A stretch of 64,000 bases of DNA. Source: a virus. Its lineage: Duplodnaviria > Caudoviricetes. Positions 20,624 to 30,722 of this stretch are shown piece after piece (position 1 is the first letter of the stretch; each line of letters starts with the position of its first letter). Location: positions 32,001 to 96,000 of the IMG/VR virus record IMGVR_UViG_3300036546_000172. One strand, written 5' to 3'. The translations under genes and the position numbers were made by a program. Below the pieces are notes generated by a model that was given only the letters and a program-made list of their open reading frames with translations, was not told the origin of the DNA and did no database searches.

Positions 20624-22394
20624 AAATCTTGCAACAGACGAGAACACTCTCACACACAAAATCAAAGAGCTGAAGGATGTGTGTGAGTTTGATGTCGTGG
20701 GATTTTACCAGGCGAACAAAGGACTGGTCAAGAAGTACCTTCGTAAAGATACATCTAAGCTGCATATTGACGACTTCAACGAAGAAGACATACCAGACAA
20801 CTGGTGGTATAAGAACAAGGAAGGACTATTACGCGCCAAGATAAAAGATAAACCCTTTACTACCTATCAAAAGCTTGAATGGATCAAGTGCGGACTGGAT
20901 GTGGTTTATTTCACCAGACGTCATGTTAAGATCATATCTATTGACGATGGTATAATTCCTTTTGATCTGTACGATTATCAGGAAGATCTTCTTGAGATGT
21001 ACAGTGACAATCGATTCTGCATCAGTTTACAGGCTCGTCAATCTGGTAAGACTCAAACAACAGCGTCATTCATTCTGCACTTCTCGTTATACAATGCTGC
21101 CAAGCTCTCAGCTATTCTGGCTAACAAAGCGGATCAAGCTCAGGAAATACTAGAGCGCATTCAGTTATCATTTGAAATGCTGCCATTGTATTTGCAGCCC
21201 GGTGTTAAAACGTACAATAAGCGGTCAATGGTGTTTGGCAGTAATTCTAAGATTATGACCTTTGCGTCCAGTTCAGGCTCTGTGCGCGGGAAATCTATTG
21301 CGTGTCTGTATGTTGATGAGACTGCCTTCATCCCGAATGACATGGCGTTCTATGAATCCACCTATCCTACCATCGCGTCTGGTAAAGAATCTAAGGTAAT
21401 ACTAACCAGCACACCTAATGGCACCCGAGGCATGTTCTACAAGCTGTGGACTGAGTCTGTGTCTGGTAAGAACAGCTACCAACGCAAGATCGTTACATGG
21501 GATATGGTACCTGGACGTGATGACAGATGGAAAAAAGAAACTATTGCCAACTCCAGTGAAGAACAATTCCGTCAGGAGCATGATGTTCAGTTTCGAGGAA
21601 GCTCAAACTCTCTGCTATCCGGCAATACTCTTGAGCGGTTGGTCAGCATTGATCACGTGGAACAGATTGAAGATTTCAAGGTGTTCAAGCCAGTTGAGGA
21701 TGGACATTCATATGTCACTGTTGTAGATTGCTCCGAGGGTGTGGGTGGAGATTATCACGCCGTTACTGTGATTGATATTACAGCCGAGCCGTATGAAGTA
21801 GCGGCCACCTACAAGAACAACAAACTGTCTCCTTTGATGTTGCCTAATTTGTTATTCAACGTAGGGTCAAAGTATAACGACTCGCTGATTCTGATAGAAA
21901 ACGCCAGTACTGGATCTCAGGTAGCCTCTGATCTGTATTACGATCTTGAATATGAAAATACCTTGATGACCGTACAAGAGAAAGGTAAGCAGGTACTGGG
22001 ATTCAATCACAATGGACGTCTTGGCGTGAAGCCAACTAAGCAAGTCAAAGCCATTGGATGCTCAACTATTAAAACTTTGATCGAAGACGGTAAGATTAAT
22101 CTCAACGATCAGGATATCATTGATGAGTTCGGTGACTTTGTTCCACGGGGTGGTTCATACGCAGCTGCCGAGGGCGCTCATGATGATCAAGTGATGACCC
22201 TGGTGCTGTTTGGATGGCTCACTACTCAATCATTCTTCATTGAACTGACAGATGTAGATATTAGACGCAAGCTATTCTCTGAAATGCTGGATCGGTCGGT
22301 TGAGGAGATGCTTCCGTTTGGTATCATTGACAACGGACATACTGAGTATGATGGCAATCACACCGTTGACTACAGTGAGTACGGTGCGTTTTAA
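20598..22394 (+). CDS. gp17: Terminase large subunit gp17
   Basis: RQSGKT Walker A, YVDE Walker B, STPNG, nuclease D.SEG.GGDY and HDD. Confidence 0.97.
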   Translation: MAWTTRKSKNLATDENTLTHKIKELKDVCEFDVVGFYQANKGLVKKYLRKDTSKLHIDDFNEEDIPDNWWYKNKEGLLRAKIKDKPFTTYQKLEWIKCGLDVVYFTRRHVKIISIDDGIIPFDLYDYQEDLLEMYSDNRFCISLQARQSGKTQTTASFILHFSLYNAAKLSAILANKADQAQEILERIQLSFEMLPLYLQPGVKTYNKRSMVFGSNSKIMTFASSSGSVRGKSIACLYVDETAFIPNDMAFYESTYPTIASGKESKVILTSTPNGTRGMFYKLWTESVSGKNSYQRKIVTWDMVPGRDDRWKKETIANSSEEQFRQEHDVQFRGSSNSLLSGNTLERLVSIDHVEQIEDFKVFKPVEDGHSYVTVVDCSEGVGGDYHAVTVIDITAEPYEVAATYKNNKLSPLMLPNLLFNVGSKYNDSLILIENASTGSQVASDLYYDLEYENTLMTVQEKGKQVLGFNHNGRLGVKPTKQVKAIGCSTIKTLIEDGKINLNDQDIIDEFGDFVPRGGSYAAAEGAHDDQVMTLVLFGWLTTQSFFIELTDVDIRRKLFSEMLDRSVEEMLPFGIIDNGHTEYDGNHTVDYSEYGAF

Positions 22395-22405
22395 CCTGTC
22401 CTTCC

Positions 22406-22413
22406 TATAAATA
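22406..22413 (+). promoter_or_regulatory. T4-type late promoter
   Basis: TATAAATA upstream of gp18. Confidence 0.85.
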
Positions 22414-22454
22414 CTCATAAGACCTAAACCTTAACTCAACACGAGGTACAACAA

Positions 22455-24053
22455 ATGGCTAGTCCTAGCGTAATTACACGTGAGAAGGACGTCAGCTTCA
22501 ACGTCAACAGCATTGAATCAAACGCCGGTTCAATGATTGGTTTGTTTCGTTGGGGTCCAGTAAATGAAGCCATTCGGATCACCACCAATGAGGGTGAACT
22601 GCTTCAAAAACTGGGACGTCCAGATCAAGCAACAACACAATTCTTTCATTCGGCTCTCAACTACATCCTGTACGTAACTCCTCTCTATGTGGTTCGTGCT
22701 ATCGATGATGCAGTAGCTTTGAACGCAGTACCTACCGCTGAAACACCTATTCTGATCAAGAATGAAGGTGACTATGAAGCTGCTGACCTAACTGGCATAA
22801 GTGCCATTGGTCGTTATCCTGGTTCTCTCGGTAATACCATCAAGATTTCGGCCGCTGACGATCAGGGCTTTGACGGATGGGCTTACAAAGACGAGTTCAC
22901 TTATGCACCTCAAGCTGGTGAATTCAACTTGGTAGTAGTAGATGAGGGCGGTGAAATCACCGGTACTCCAGGTCAGGTGCTTGAGCGTTATGAACTGATG
23001 ACCAAAGTCGAAGGTTCTAAGAAGCCTAATGGCACAACCGCTTATGTAGTTCGAGCTGTACAGGAACAATCTCAGTACATCTGGATCGGTGATGTAGATG
23101 CTATCGATTTCGCATCATCCGGCTCTCTGGGTGTTTATGAAGACTCACTTCAGGGCGGTGTAGATGGTAATGATAAGACTACCGCTGACTTTGCAACAGC
23201 TGCTGGTGTCCTAGCTAACACTGAAACACTGGACATCATCAACACATTCACCTCTGTGATTCCATCTGCCGGTGTTGGTACCATCATCGACACCATGGAT
23301 TCTCGTCAAGATGCTGTAGCCTTTGTGCCGCCGCAACTGGCAGACGTATACAACAATCCTACAGCCGCCGACGACGTGTTGGTGTATTTCAACACTACTA
23401 TCAATAAGAACACCTCTTATGCGTTCTACGTTGATAACTGGAAGATGGTATATGACAAGTACAATGATACCAACATCTGGATACCAACTGATTCTGATGC
23501 TGCTGCGTTGACTGCACGAGTATTCGTACAGAACGAGCCTTGGTTCTCACCAGCCGGTCTCAACCGCGGTCAGTTGAAGAACGTGATCAAGCTGGCTTGG
23601 AATCCAAACAAACCTCAGCGTGATCTTCTGTATACATCATCTATCAACTCTATCATTGCCTTTCCTGGCGAAGGTACGGTTCTATGGGGTGATAAGACAG
23701 CGCTGAAGCGTCCGAGCGCATTCGATCGAATCAACGTTCGTAACCTGTTTATTGTGCTGAAGAAGTCTATCAGCCAATCGGCTCGTTATCAGTTGTTTGA
23801 ACTGAACGATCAAATCACTCGCTCGGTGTTCCGTAACGCAGTTGATCGTTACCTGAATAGTGTTCAAGGTCGTCGTGGTATTGCGCGGTATCGAGTAGTG
23901 TGTGATGAGTCTAACAATACAGCTCAGGTGATCAACTCTAATGAGTTTGTTGGTGACATCTACATCGATCCTGCGCGTTCAATCAACACCATTAAGCTCA
24001 ACTTTATAGCGGTAGCTAGTGGCGTTTCCTTCGATGAAGTGGAGGGGGTATAA
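22455..24053 (+). CDS. gp18: Tail sheath gp18
   Basis: SP.V...E.D, G.F.WGP, WFSPAG.NRG, WGDKT, FDRINVR.LF. Confidence 0.97.
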   Translation: MASPSVITREKDVSFNVNSIESNAGSMIGLFRWGPVNEAIRITTNEGELLQKLGRPDQATTQFFHSALNYILYVTPLYVVRAIDDAVALNAVPTAETPILIKNEGDYEAADLTGISAIGRYPGSLGNTIKISAADDQGFDGWAYKDEFTYAPQAGEFNLVVVDEGGEITGTPGQVLERYELMTKVEGSKKPNGTTAYVVRAVQEQSQYIWIGDVDAIDFASSGSLGVYEDSLQGGVDGNDKTTADFATAAGVLANTETLDIINTFTSVIPSAGVGTIIDTMDSRQDAVAFVPPQLADVYNNPTAADDVLVYFNTTINKNTSYAFYVDNWKMVYDKYNDTNIWIPTDSDAAALTARVFVQNEPWFSPAGLNRGQLKNVIKLAWNPNKPQRDLLYTSSINSIIAFPGEGTVLWGDKTALKRPSAFDRINVRNLFIVLKKSISQSARYQLFELNDQITRSVFRNAVDRYLNSVQGRRGIARYRVVCDESNNTAQVINSNEFVGDIYIDPARSINTIKLNFIAVASGVSFDEVEGV

Positions 24054-24055
24054 TT

Positions 24056-24586
24056 ATGGCTTCTGGTATTTCTGATTTTCTAGCTGCGCTTCAAGGTGGT
24101 GGAGCTCGACCAAACCGGTTTGAAGTTCTGGTTGAGTTTCCAGCCTTTGCTGCCACTCAAGAAGCTATTCGTCAAACAGCGTTCCTTTGTCAATCAACAC
24201 AGCTGCCTGGTTCTAACCTAGGCACCATGGAAGTTGGCTTCCGTGGTCGTCAGTTGAAACTAGCCGGTGATCGCACATTCGAAGATTTGGATCTGACGTT
24301 CTACAACGACACAGATTTCGCTCTTCGTGATGCGTTTGAAGCTTGGCAGAATGCTATCAACCAATACAACTCTAACATCGGTCTTCCTAGTCCATCTGAG
24401 TATTTGTCCACTGTGACATTGTATCAGCTGGATAACCAGGATAACCGTATCAAAGAGTACGTGTTGAAGCTGGCATGGCCTACGGTTGTAGCTCCTATTG
24501 AAGTCGCGCAAGATTCCAACGACCAAATAGAGACCTTCGCGGTAACCATGGCATACTCTGACATCAGCAATGGTGTAAGCACTTAA
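24056..24586 (+). CDS. gp19: Tail tube gp19
   Basis: GGARPN.FEV, LPG, FRGR..K.AGDRTF. Confidence 0.95.
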   Translation: MASGISDFLAALQGGGARPNRFEVLVEFPAFAATQEAIRQTAFLCQSTQLPGSNLGTMEVGFRGRQLKLAGDRTFEDLDLTFYNDTDFALRDAFEAWQNAINQYNSNIGLPSPSEYLSTVTLYQLDNQDNRIKEYVLKLAWPTVVAPIEVAQDSNDQIETFAVTMAYSDISNGVST

Positions 24587-24595
24587 TTATTGTGG

Positions 24596-24628
24596 TATAA
24601 ATAGCGGTGGATATCCACCGCTTATTTT
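24596..24628 (+). promoter_or_regulatory. Late promoter followed by terminator-like hairpin
   Basis: TATAAATA 24596-24603, then AGCGGTGG-ATAT-CCACCGCT-TATTTT. Confidence 0.7.
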
Positions 24629-24642
24629 CATAAAGGTCTTTT

Positions 24643-26190
24643 ATGGCAGACGGATTATTTGGCAACTTTCTGAGTAAGTTTAAGCTCTCAGATGAGAAGC
24701 AGGAAGAGAGAGTTCATTCTAATCAAATTGCAACCGACTACGATGACGGTGCAATTGAGCTAGATGACTCGTTTTCTCAGTACCTGCTTAATATTGATTG
24801 GTCATACAACAGTCAAGCTGAACTCATTGAGACGTACCGTGAAGTAGCTAATTACAGCACCGTAGACTATGCTATTGAAGATATAGTCAACGAAATGGTA
24901 TCGTTCGCTGAACACGAAGATGCCATTGAGCTGGATCTGTCTGACCTGACTGAGGATCTTTCTGAAAATATCAGGAACAAAGTTCACGAGAAGTGGGAAA
25001 AGATTGTTGGACTGCTGGAGCTGAATAACACCATTCACAGACGTGCACGTCAATTTTATGTGGATGGTCGATTGTCTTATCAGAAGGTCATCGATCAGAA
25101 GAAGCCAACTGACGGTCTATTGGATGTAATAGAGCTCGATACTCGATACACCACCAAGGTTCGTCATAAGGAATATGATCGAGAGACTAAAACGATCAAG
25201 AATATCCAAGAATATTTTCTATACGATGAGAATATCACCACATCTCGTAATCAGGCTAAGAACAATCAACCTGGGCGTAATAACAACAAGCAATTCAAAG
25301 AAGCATTAAGAATTGATCCTAGAAGCCTGACTTATGTGACTTCTGGTATTACTGACCTGTCTACTGGCATGGCTATCAGTTGGCTTCATAAGGCTGTCAC
25401 GCCAGCCAATCAACTGCGTATGATGGAAAACGCATTGGTAATCTATCGGATCACCCGTGCACCTGAGCGTCGAATTTTCTACGTAGATACAGCTAATCTA
25501 CCTAAGACTAAAGCTGAGCAATACATCAGACATCTGAAGAACATGTACCGTAATAAGATGTCATTTGATCCTGAGACAGGTACGTTTAAGGATCGCAGAC
25601 ATCTTCAAACCATGCAGGAAGATTACTGGCTGCCTCGTAATTCCAACGGACGTGGAACTGAGGTGAGTACTCTGCCTGGGGGTGCGAATCTTAGTGATAT
25701 AGACGATGTTCTTTACTTCCAGAAACAACTGTTCAAAGCTCTGAACCTGCCAGTCACTCGGCTGGAGCCTGAGAACTCAATGATTGGCGGTCGTGGAGCT
25801 GAGATTTCACGCGATGAGTTGAAGTTCTCTAAATTTGTATCAAAGATTCGTAAGCGTTTCAATCTAGCACTTCTGGATCTGCTCAAGACTGAACTGATCT
25901 TGACCAAGGTGATGACCGTTCAGGAATGGGACGAGATCTCGTCAAGGATTGACTTCAGATATGCACAAGATATGCAGCTGGAAGAGATGCGAGCATCTGA
26001 GCTTAAGCGTGAGCGTTTGGATCTGTTGCAGATGTATGAACCTTACGTTGGTAAGTATGTATCTAATCGATACGTTCGTGAACAGATCTTGATGCAAACA
26101 GAACAAGATATCCAGGACATGGACGAACAAATCAAGGAAGAGAAAAACAATCCACAGTACCAAGCGCCTGAAGATGGCATGGGTCGATGA
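24643..26190 (+). CDS. gp20: Portal protein gp20
   Basis: YVDGR, NQLRMME..LVIYRITRAPERRIFYVD, EDYWLPR, ISRDELKF.KF. Confidence 0.97.
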   Translation: MADGLFGNFLSKFKLSDEKQEERVHSNQIATDYDDGAIELDDSFSQYLLNIDWSYNSQAELIETYREVANYSTVDYAIEDIVNEMVSFAEHEDAIELDLSDLTEDLSENIRNKVHEKWEKIVGLLELNNTIHRRARQFYVDGRLSYQKVIDQKKPTDGLLDVIELDTRYTTKVRHKEYDRETKTIKNIQEYFLYDENITTSRNQAKNNQPGRNNNKQFKEALRIDPRSLTYVTSGITDLSTGMAISWLHKAVTPANQLRMMENALVIYRITRAPERRIFYVDTANLPKTKAEQYIRHLKNMYRNKMSFDPETGTFKDRRHLQTMQEDYWLPRNSNGRGTEVSTLPGGANLSDIDDVLYFQKQLFKALNLPVTRLEPENSMIGGRGAEISRDELKFSKFVSKIRKRFNLALLDLLKTELILTKVMTVQEWDEISSRIDFRYAQDMQLEEMRASELKRERLDLLQMYEPYVGKYVSNRYVREQILMQTEQDIQDMDEQIKEEKNNPQYQAPEDGMGR

Positions 26191-26216
26191 TTTTTAACAC
26201 AGAAGAGGAAAAACCG

Positions 26217-26459
26217 ATGCAAGCTGCAAAGCAATTTATGAAACAGCTTCAGGAAGGTAACACTACTGAGGCAATCAAAACTATTAAAGAGTCTATTCAT
26301 CAGCGTTCAGTTGGTCTTATCGAAGAGCAACGCGTAGCTGTCCTTGAGTCTTATGGCTTCTCTGAAAAGAAAATGCAGGAAGAGGAAGACAAAGAAGAGA
26401 AGGACATGGACGATGAGGATGAGGAAGACGAAGAGAAAGAAGAAAGCGAGGACGAATAA
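26217..26459 (+). CDS. Prohead core protein gp67-like
   Basis: Very acidic C-terminus, follows gp20; ATG 26217 follows GAGGA (ORF track starts at 26187). Confidence 0.65.
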   Translation: MQAAKQFMKQLQEGNTTEAIKTIKESIHQRSVGLIEEQRVAVLESYGFSEKKMQEEEDKEEKDMDDEDEEDEEKEESEDE

Positions 26460-26461
26460 TC

Positions 26462-26728
26462 ATGTCTGAGCAAATCGAAGAAGCGCGTCGAGTTGTTCGA
26501 GTCAATTCAAAAGGACAAAAGACTCGACGTATCAAGTGCCGCAAAGGTTTCAAGCTGTCGTCTAATGGCAAGACGTGTGTTCCAATTACTGGATCCGAAA
26601 AAGCCTCTAAGAGAAAGGCTACTAGAAAAGCGATTAGGTCCAAGAGGGCGGCTGGTTCCGGTGCAAAGAAACGAGCTACACGTAAGCGTCTGAAGGCGAT
26701 GCGCAAGAGAAAGAGCTATAACCTATGA
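26462..26728 (+). CDS. Prohead core protein gp68-like (very basic)
   Basis: IEE/A putative cleavage site, K/R-rich, ends KAMRKRK; precedes gp21. Confidence 0.65.
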   Translation: MSEQIEEARRVVRVNSKGQKTRRIKCRKGFKLSSNGKTCVPITGSEKASKRKATRKAIRSKRAAGSGAKKRATRKRLKAMRKRKSYNL

Positions 26729-27357
26729 AAAACAAATATAACCTACTCATAGAAAGTTCAGATCAAGTTGAAGTTCTAACCGAACAAACAGACCAAGGCA
26801 AGAAGCTTTATATTGAAGGCGTCTTTGCCCAGGCTGAAGTCAAGAACGGTAACGGCCGAATCTATGAGCGTAAGGTCATGGAAGGTGCCATGGACAAGTA
26901 CATCACTGAGTATGTTGACCGTCGTCGTGCATTGGGTGAACTGAATCATCCTGACTACCCTATGGTTGATCCTGCTCATGCTTGTATTCGGATTACCGAG
27001 CTTAAATGGGACGGTAATGACGTATATGGTAAGGCTCTGGTGCTTGATACCCCTAAGGGGCAGATTGTCCGTGGTCTGCTTGAAGGTGGATTTAATATGG
27101 GTGTATCTACACGCGCTCTAGGATCACTGAAAGAGCGTAATGGCGTGAAATATGTTCAGGATGATCTCATGTTTACTGCTGTTGATTGTGTAGACAATCC
27201 CTCTGCACCTAAAGCCTATGTTAATGCTTTGACTGAGTGTCAGAAATGGACCATTAACGAATCTGGCATGTGGGTTCCTGCTCAGCCAGAAGAAGATATA
27301 GATCAAGAACTTTTTCTCGAAAAACTCGAACAATTTATAAAAGGATACAAGAGATGA
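26725..27357 (+). CDS. gp21: Prohead protease gp21
   Basis: YIEG.F.QA...N.NGR.Y, ALGELNHP, GVSTR.LGS, D.V..PSAP.A. Confidence 0.95.
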   Translation: MKNKYNLLIESSDQVEVLTEQTDQGKKLYIEGVFAQAEVKNGNGRIYERKVMEGAMDKYITEYVDRRRALGELNHPDYPMVDPAHACIRITELKWDGNDVYGKALVLDTPKGQIVRGLLEGGFNMGVSTRALGSLKERNGVKYVQDDLMFTAVDCVDNPSAPKAYVNALTECQKWTINESGMWVPAQPEEDIDQELFLEKLEQFIKGYKR

Positions 27358-27687
27358 AACAATTCAAAGAGTTTGTTAATGAAGTGATGGTTAACACAAC
27401 CAAAGCTCGCTCAGGAGCCAGTGAGGCTTTTAGAAGTATGAATAGTGATAGGATAGGTCAGCCTATATTAAATGTTAGAGGCAAAGAAGTTAATAACACT
27501 ATTGTCCTGTCTCCTTCATCCTTTGCACAAAAGCAAGGTAGAGGTTGGAGAATCACTTCTTATGAACTAGACGGTACTGTATCTACTGTTGAGATTTCTC
27601 AGGAAGAGCTTAGGTTGCTGAAGTAACACTGTCCGAGATACAACAATTCATAAAAGGATACAAGAGATGAAACTGTTTAAAGAATTT
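27329..27687 (+). repeat. 46-bp imperfect direct repeat (27329-27374 and 27642-27687)
   Basis: AACAATTTATAAAAGGATACAAGAGATGAAACAATTCAAAGAGTTT vs AACAATTCATAAAAGGATACAAGAGATGAAACTGTTTAAAGAATTT. Confidence 0.9.
27354..27626 (+). CDS. Putative internal head protein with capsid-targeting sequence
   Basis: N-terminus MKQFKEFVNE resembles the T4 internal-protein targeting peptide; ATGA overlap with gp21 stop. Confidence 0.7.
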   Translation: MKQFKEFVNEVMVNTTKARSGASEAFRSMNSDRIGQPILNVRGKEVNNTIVLSPSSFAQKQGRGWRITSYELDGTVSTVEISQEELRLLK

Positions 27688-28500
27688 CTAGGCGAAGCTG
27701 CACAGCCTGAATGGCGTGTATCTTTCAAGAAGCAAAAGATGAATGGTGTTGCAATCGACGAGAAGCCTGTTACTGTTAAGGCTCGTGATAGTCGAGAGGC
27801 TATTGTGAAAGCAGCTAAAAAGGTTGGTGTTAGTGATAAGTCTGCAGCTATGCAGCTCAAGACCAAGAATGTTGACAAGTTGGATGAATCACTGACTGAA
27901 GCCTTAAAGATTAAAATTGGTGATAAGGTTAAGAGTAAGAATACCTTTGCCTCTACCAATAACGTCAAGGGCGAAGTTGTAGATATCAAGACGGTAAAAT
28001 TTGCTTCGGGTGATCAGACTAGATATGTGGTAAAGGAACCAGACGGTTACAAGATAGAGTTGCGAGCTGATGACATCATCAAAGAAGGTCTGACTGAAGC
28101 CAAATATGAAGTTGAAGTTGAAGTCCGTGATGCCCGTGCGGCTAACGATCTAGCAAAAGATATGTTCCGTGGTTCGTATAAGAATGATGGATCAAACGTG
28201 TTCATCTTTAAGAATGAAGACGACTATGAAGATTTCAAATATGAGCTTGAAAATGCTGGATTAAAGCTCATGGAGCAAACTCAAGTAAATGAGGCTGTTT
28301 CTATTGATCCGGAGTTCATGAAGATGTCGAAGATGCTCAGCGATGTCAAGAACACATTCAAAGATGTGGCGCGCAAGGTTAAAGCTGACACTGATATCCC
28401 AGTCAGACAATACCAGTCAACGGTAGATAATATCGAAGATTCGATTGAGCGGCTCAGGAAGGAACTGGATAAAGCTCAAACTATCCTGAAGAAAGCTTAA
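27667..28500 (+). CDS. Putative internal head polyprotein
   Basis: MKLFKEFLGE N-terminus; LTE/A, LTE/A and VNE/A sites at ~66-aa spacing. Confidence 0.7.
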   Translation: MKLFKEFLGEAAQPEWRVSFKKQKMNGVAIDEKPVTVKARDSREAIVKAAKKVGVSDKSAAMQLKTKNVDKLDESLTEALKIKIGDKVKSKNTFASTNNVKGEVVDIKTVKFASGDQTRYVVKEPDGYKIELRADDIIKEGLTEAKYEVEVEVRDARAANDLAKDMFRGSYKNDGSNVFIFKNEDDYEDFKYELENAGLKLMEQTQVNEAVSIDPEFMKMSKMLSDVKNTFKDVARKVKADTDIPVRQYQSTVDNIEDSIERLRKELDKAQTILKKA

Positions 28501-28511
28501 CTATAGCATCT

Positions 28512-28519
28512 AATAAATA
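28512..28519 (+). promoter_or_regulatory. Late promoter variant
   Basis: AATAAATA upstream of gp22; the same variant lies at 29307-29314 upstream of gp23. Confidence 0.6.
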
Positions 28520-28551
28520 CCATTAAGCCAATCAATTAAGAGGTTTAAACA

Positions 28552-29295
28552 ATGAACGAAGATCTGAAGAAAATCTTCGAAGGTATGGAGCTTACAGGAG
28601 ACTTCAAGAAGAAGTTTGAAGAAATCTACGAGGCTCGCATTACTGAAGAGAAGAAACAAATCGAGGAAGCTGCAGAGCAAGCCGCTGAAGAAAAGTACAG
28701 CGCTCTGGCTGAAGAGTATTCTCAGTACGTAGTCGCTGAAACTGAAGAGAAAATGGATGCTTATCTGAGTGAGGAAGTGATTCCCGCAGTTGAGCGTTAC
28801 ATGGATCATGTTGCTCAAGAGTTCGTTGCCGAGAACAAAATGGTGATTGAATCTGAAACCAAGGTAGAGCTGGCTGACAAGTTTCTGTCTGGTTTCTCTC
28901 AAATTGCTGAGCAGTATAACGTCACTGTACCGGAAGGTCAGGATGACGTGGTAGCTGATCTTAAAGGCAAGCTGGCTGAAGCCAACGATACTGTTGATCG
29001 TCTTCTGTCTAAGACTGAGCAGTTGAAAGAACAGGTAGAAGCTAATGCCATGTCTGACATCGTGGATGCTGTTGCATCTGGTATGACTGAGACTCAAAAG
29101 GAACGGTTCTTTGAGAGTTGTGCCAAGGTCAAGTTCCACAATGAAGGTCAGTATAAAGCTGCTGTCCAAGAACTATACGAGTCTTTCTCTCCTGAATCTG
29201 AAAAAGAGCAGATCACCGAGAGTAAGGACAAGGGCGTAAAAGAGAAGATCGTTGAAAGTGATTCCTGGCTTGACGGCCTGCTTTCAAAGGTTTAA
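28552..29295 (+). CDS. gp22: Prohead core scaffold gp22
   Basis: Acidic coiled coil, D.YL..V..EF..EN, M.ETQKERF; precedes gp23. Confidence 0.85.
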   Translation: MNEDLKKIFEGMELTGDFKKKFEEIYEARITEEKKQIEEAAEQAAEEKYSALAEEYSQYVVAETEEKMDAYLSEEVIPAVERYMDHVAQEFVAENKMVIESETKVELADKFLSGFSQIAEQYNVTVPEGQDDVVADLKGKLAEANDTVDRLLSKTEQLKEQVEANAMSDIVDAVASGMTETQKERFFESCAKVKFHNEGQYKAAVQELYESFSPESEKEQITESKDKGVKEKIVESDSWLDGLLSKV

Positions 29296-29348
29296 CTGCT
29301 GAGTTAAATAAATAAAATCAAGCAATCCAATTAAGAGGTTCAATCACA

Positions 29349-30629
29349 ATGGATATGATTCAAGAAAAGATCAGTCAACTGATCGAATCTGATAAGTTTC
29401 CGAAAATCGGAGACGATTACAAGAAGTACGTAACTGAACGTGCTCTTGAAAATCAGATCAAGTACATGAAGAGCGTAAACGAGGCTTCTGCTGACGCTAC
29501 TACCGCCACTCCTGGTGTTGCTAATTGGGACCCGGTTCTAATTCGCATGGTTCGTCGTTCTATGCCTCAGCTGATGGCTTTCGACCTGGCCGGTGTTCAG
29601 CCGATGTCTGGTCCGACAGGTTCAGTGTTCGCCATGCGCGCGCGCTACACCAATCAGACTGGCGCTGAAGCTCTGTACAACGAAGCTAATTCAGGTTTCT
29701 CTGGTGCAGGCACTCAGGTCGGTGATACTTCTGGTTTCGCTGCTGATGCATTCGGTTCAGGTGATCCTGCAGCCGGCACTGCATACGGTACTGGTATGGA
29801 TCTGGCTACTGCTGAAGCCAAAGGTACTGAAAGTGGTACTCCTTGGGCAGAAATGAGCTTCAGCATCGAGCGCACCGACGTTAGTGCTAAGTCTCGTAAG
29901 CTGAAGGCCAGCTTCACCCGCGAACTGCAGCATGACCTGCGTCAGATTCACGGTCTGGATGCTGAGACTGAACTGGCTAACATCCTCTCTACTGAAATTG
30001 TAGCTGAGCAGGATCGCGAACTGCTGCGTACCATCAACGTCTCCGCTCAACTGGGTGCTCAAGACGCTGCTGTACCGGCTCTGTTTGACCTGGCTGCTGA
30101 CAGTGATGGTCGTTGGTTGGTTGAGAAGTTCAAAGGTCTGCTGTTCCAGATCGAACTGGAAGCGAACGAAGTAGCTAAGAGCACTCGTCGTGGTAAGGCT
30201 AACCGCATCATCTGTAGCTCTAACGTTGCATCTGCCCTGAACATGGCCGGTGTTCTGGACTACAATCCGCAGCTGGCTGCTAACCTGAACGTTGATGAAG
30301 CATCTACCACCTTCGCTGGTGTACTGATGGGTCGTTATCAAGTTCACGTTGACCCGTATGCTACCCGTGATTACATCACTGTTGGCTACAAGGGCGGCAA
30401 TGCCTGGGATGCTGGCGTATACTGGTGCCCATACGTACCGCTCGAGATGGTCCGTGCAGTTGGTGAGGATTCTTTCCAGCCACGCATCGGCTTCCAGACT
30501 CGCTATGGTGTAATTGCTAACCCATACAGCTCTACACTAGCTAACGGCGATGCCAAAGCTGGTAAGGGTCTGGGTCAAGGCGAGAACGATTATTTCAGAA
30601 AAATGGCTGTGGCAAACTTGACTGGCTGA
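29349..30629 (+). CDS. gp23: Major capsid protein gp23
   Basis: VRR.MP.L.AFD..GVQPMSGPTG, AKSRKLKA, DL...HG.DA..EL..IL, DAG.Y.CPYVPL, FQP.IGF.TRYG. Confidence 0.98.
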   Translation: MDMIQEKISQLIESDKFPKIGDDYKKYVTERALENQIKYMKSVNEASADATTATPGVANWDPVLIRMVRRSMPQLMAFDLAGVQPMSGPTGSVFAMRARYTNQTGAEALYNEANSGFSGAGTQVGDTSGFAADAFGSGDPAAGTAYGTGMDLATAEAKGTESGTPWAEMSFSIERTDVSAKSRKLKASFTRELQHDLRQIHGLDAETELANILSTEIVAEQDRELLRTINVSAQLGAQDAAVPALFDLAADSDGRWLVEKFKGLLFQIELEANEVAKSTRRGKANRIICSSNVASALNMAGVLDYNPQLAANLNVDEASTTFAGVLMGRYQVHVDPYATRDYITVGYKGGNAWDAGVYWCPYVPLEMVRAVGEDSFQPRIGFQTRYGVIANPYSSTLANGDAKAGKGLGQGENDYFRKMAVANLTG

Positions 30630-30663
30630 TTGCTAGCTATTATAATAAAAACTATAAACGTTT

Positions 30664-30690
30664 AGAGGGGACATTGTCCCCTCTTTTTTT
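30664..30690 (+). terminator. Intrinsic terminator after gp23
   Basis: AGAGGGGAC-ATT-GTCCCCTCT followed by a T run. Confidence 0.85.
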
Positions 30691-30722
30691 AAGTTAGAGA
30701 ATCAATATTTTAGGAAGTTAAA

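Noticed and set aside
26462-26728. Ribosomal or histone-like protein
   Set aside because: Position between portal and protease plus an IEE/A site fits a gp68-like core protein better
28510-30347. Long antisense ORFs opposite gp22 and gp23 (similar ones at 8791-9315, 38313-38900, 42641-43198)
   Set aside because: Shadow frames of biased coding strands, with no motifs or RBS
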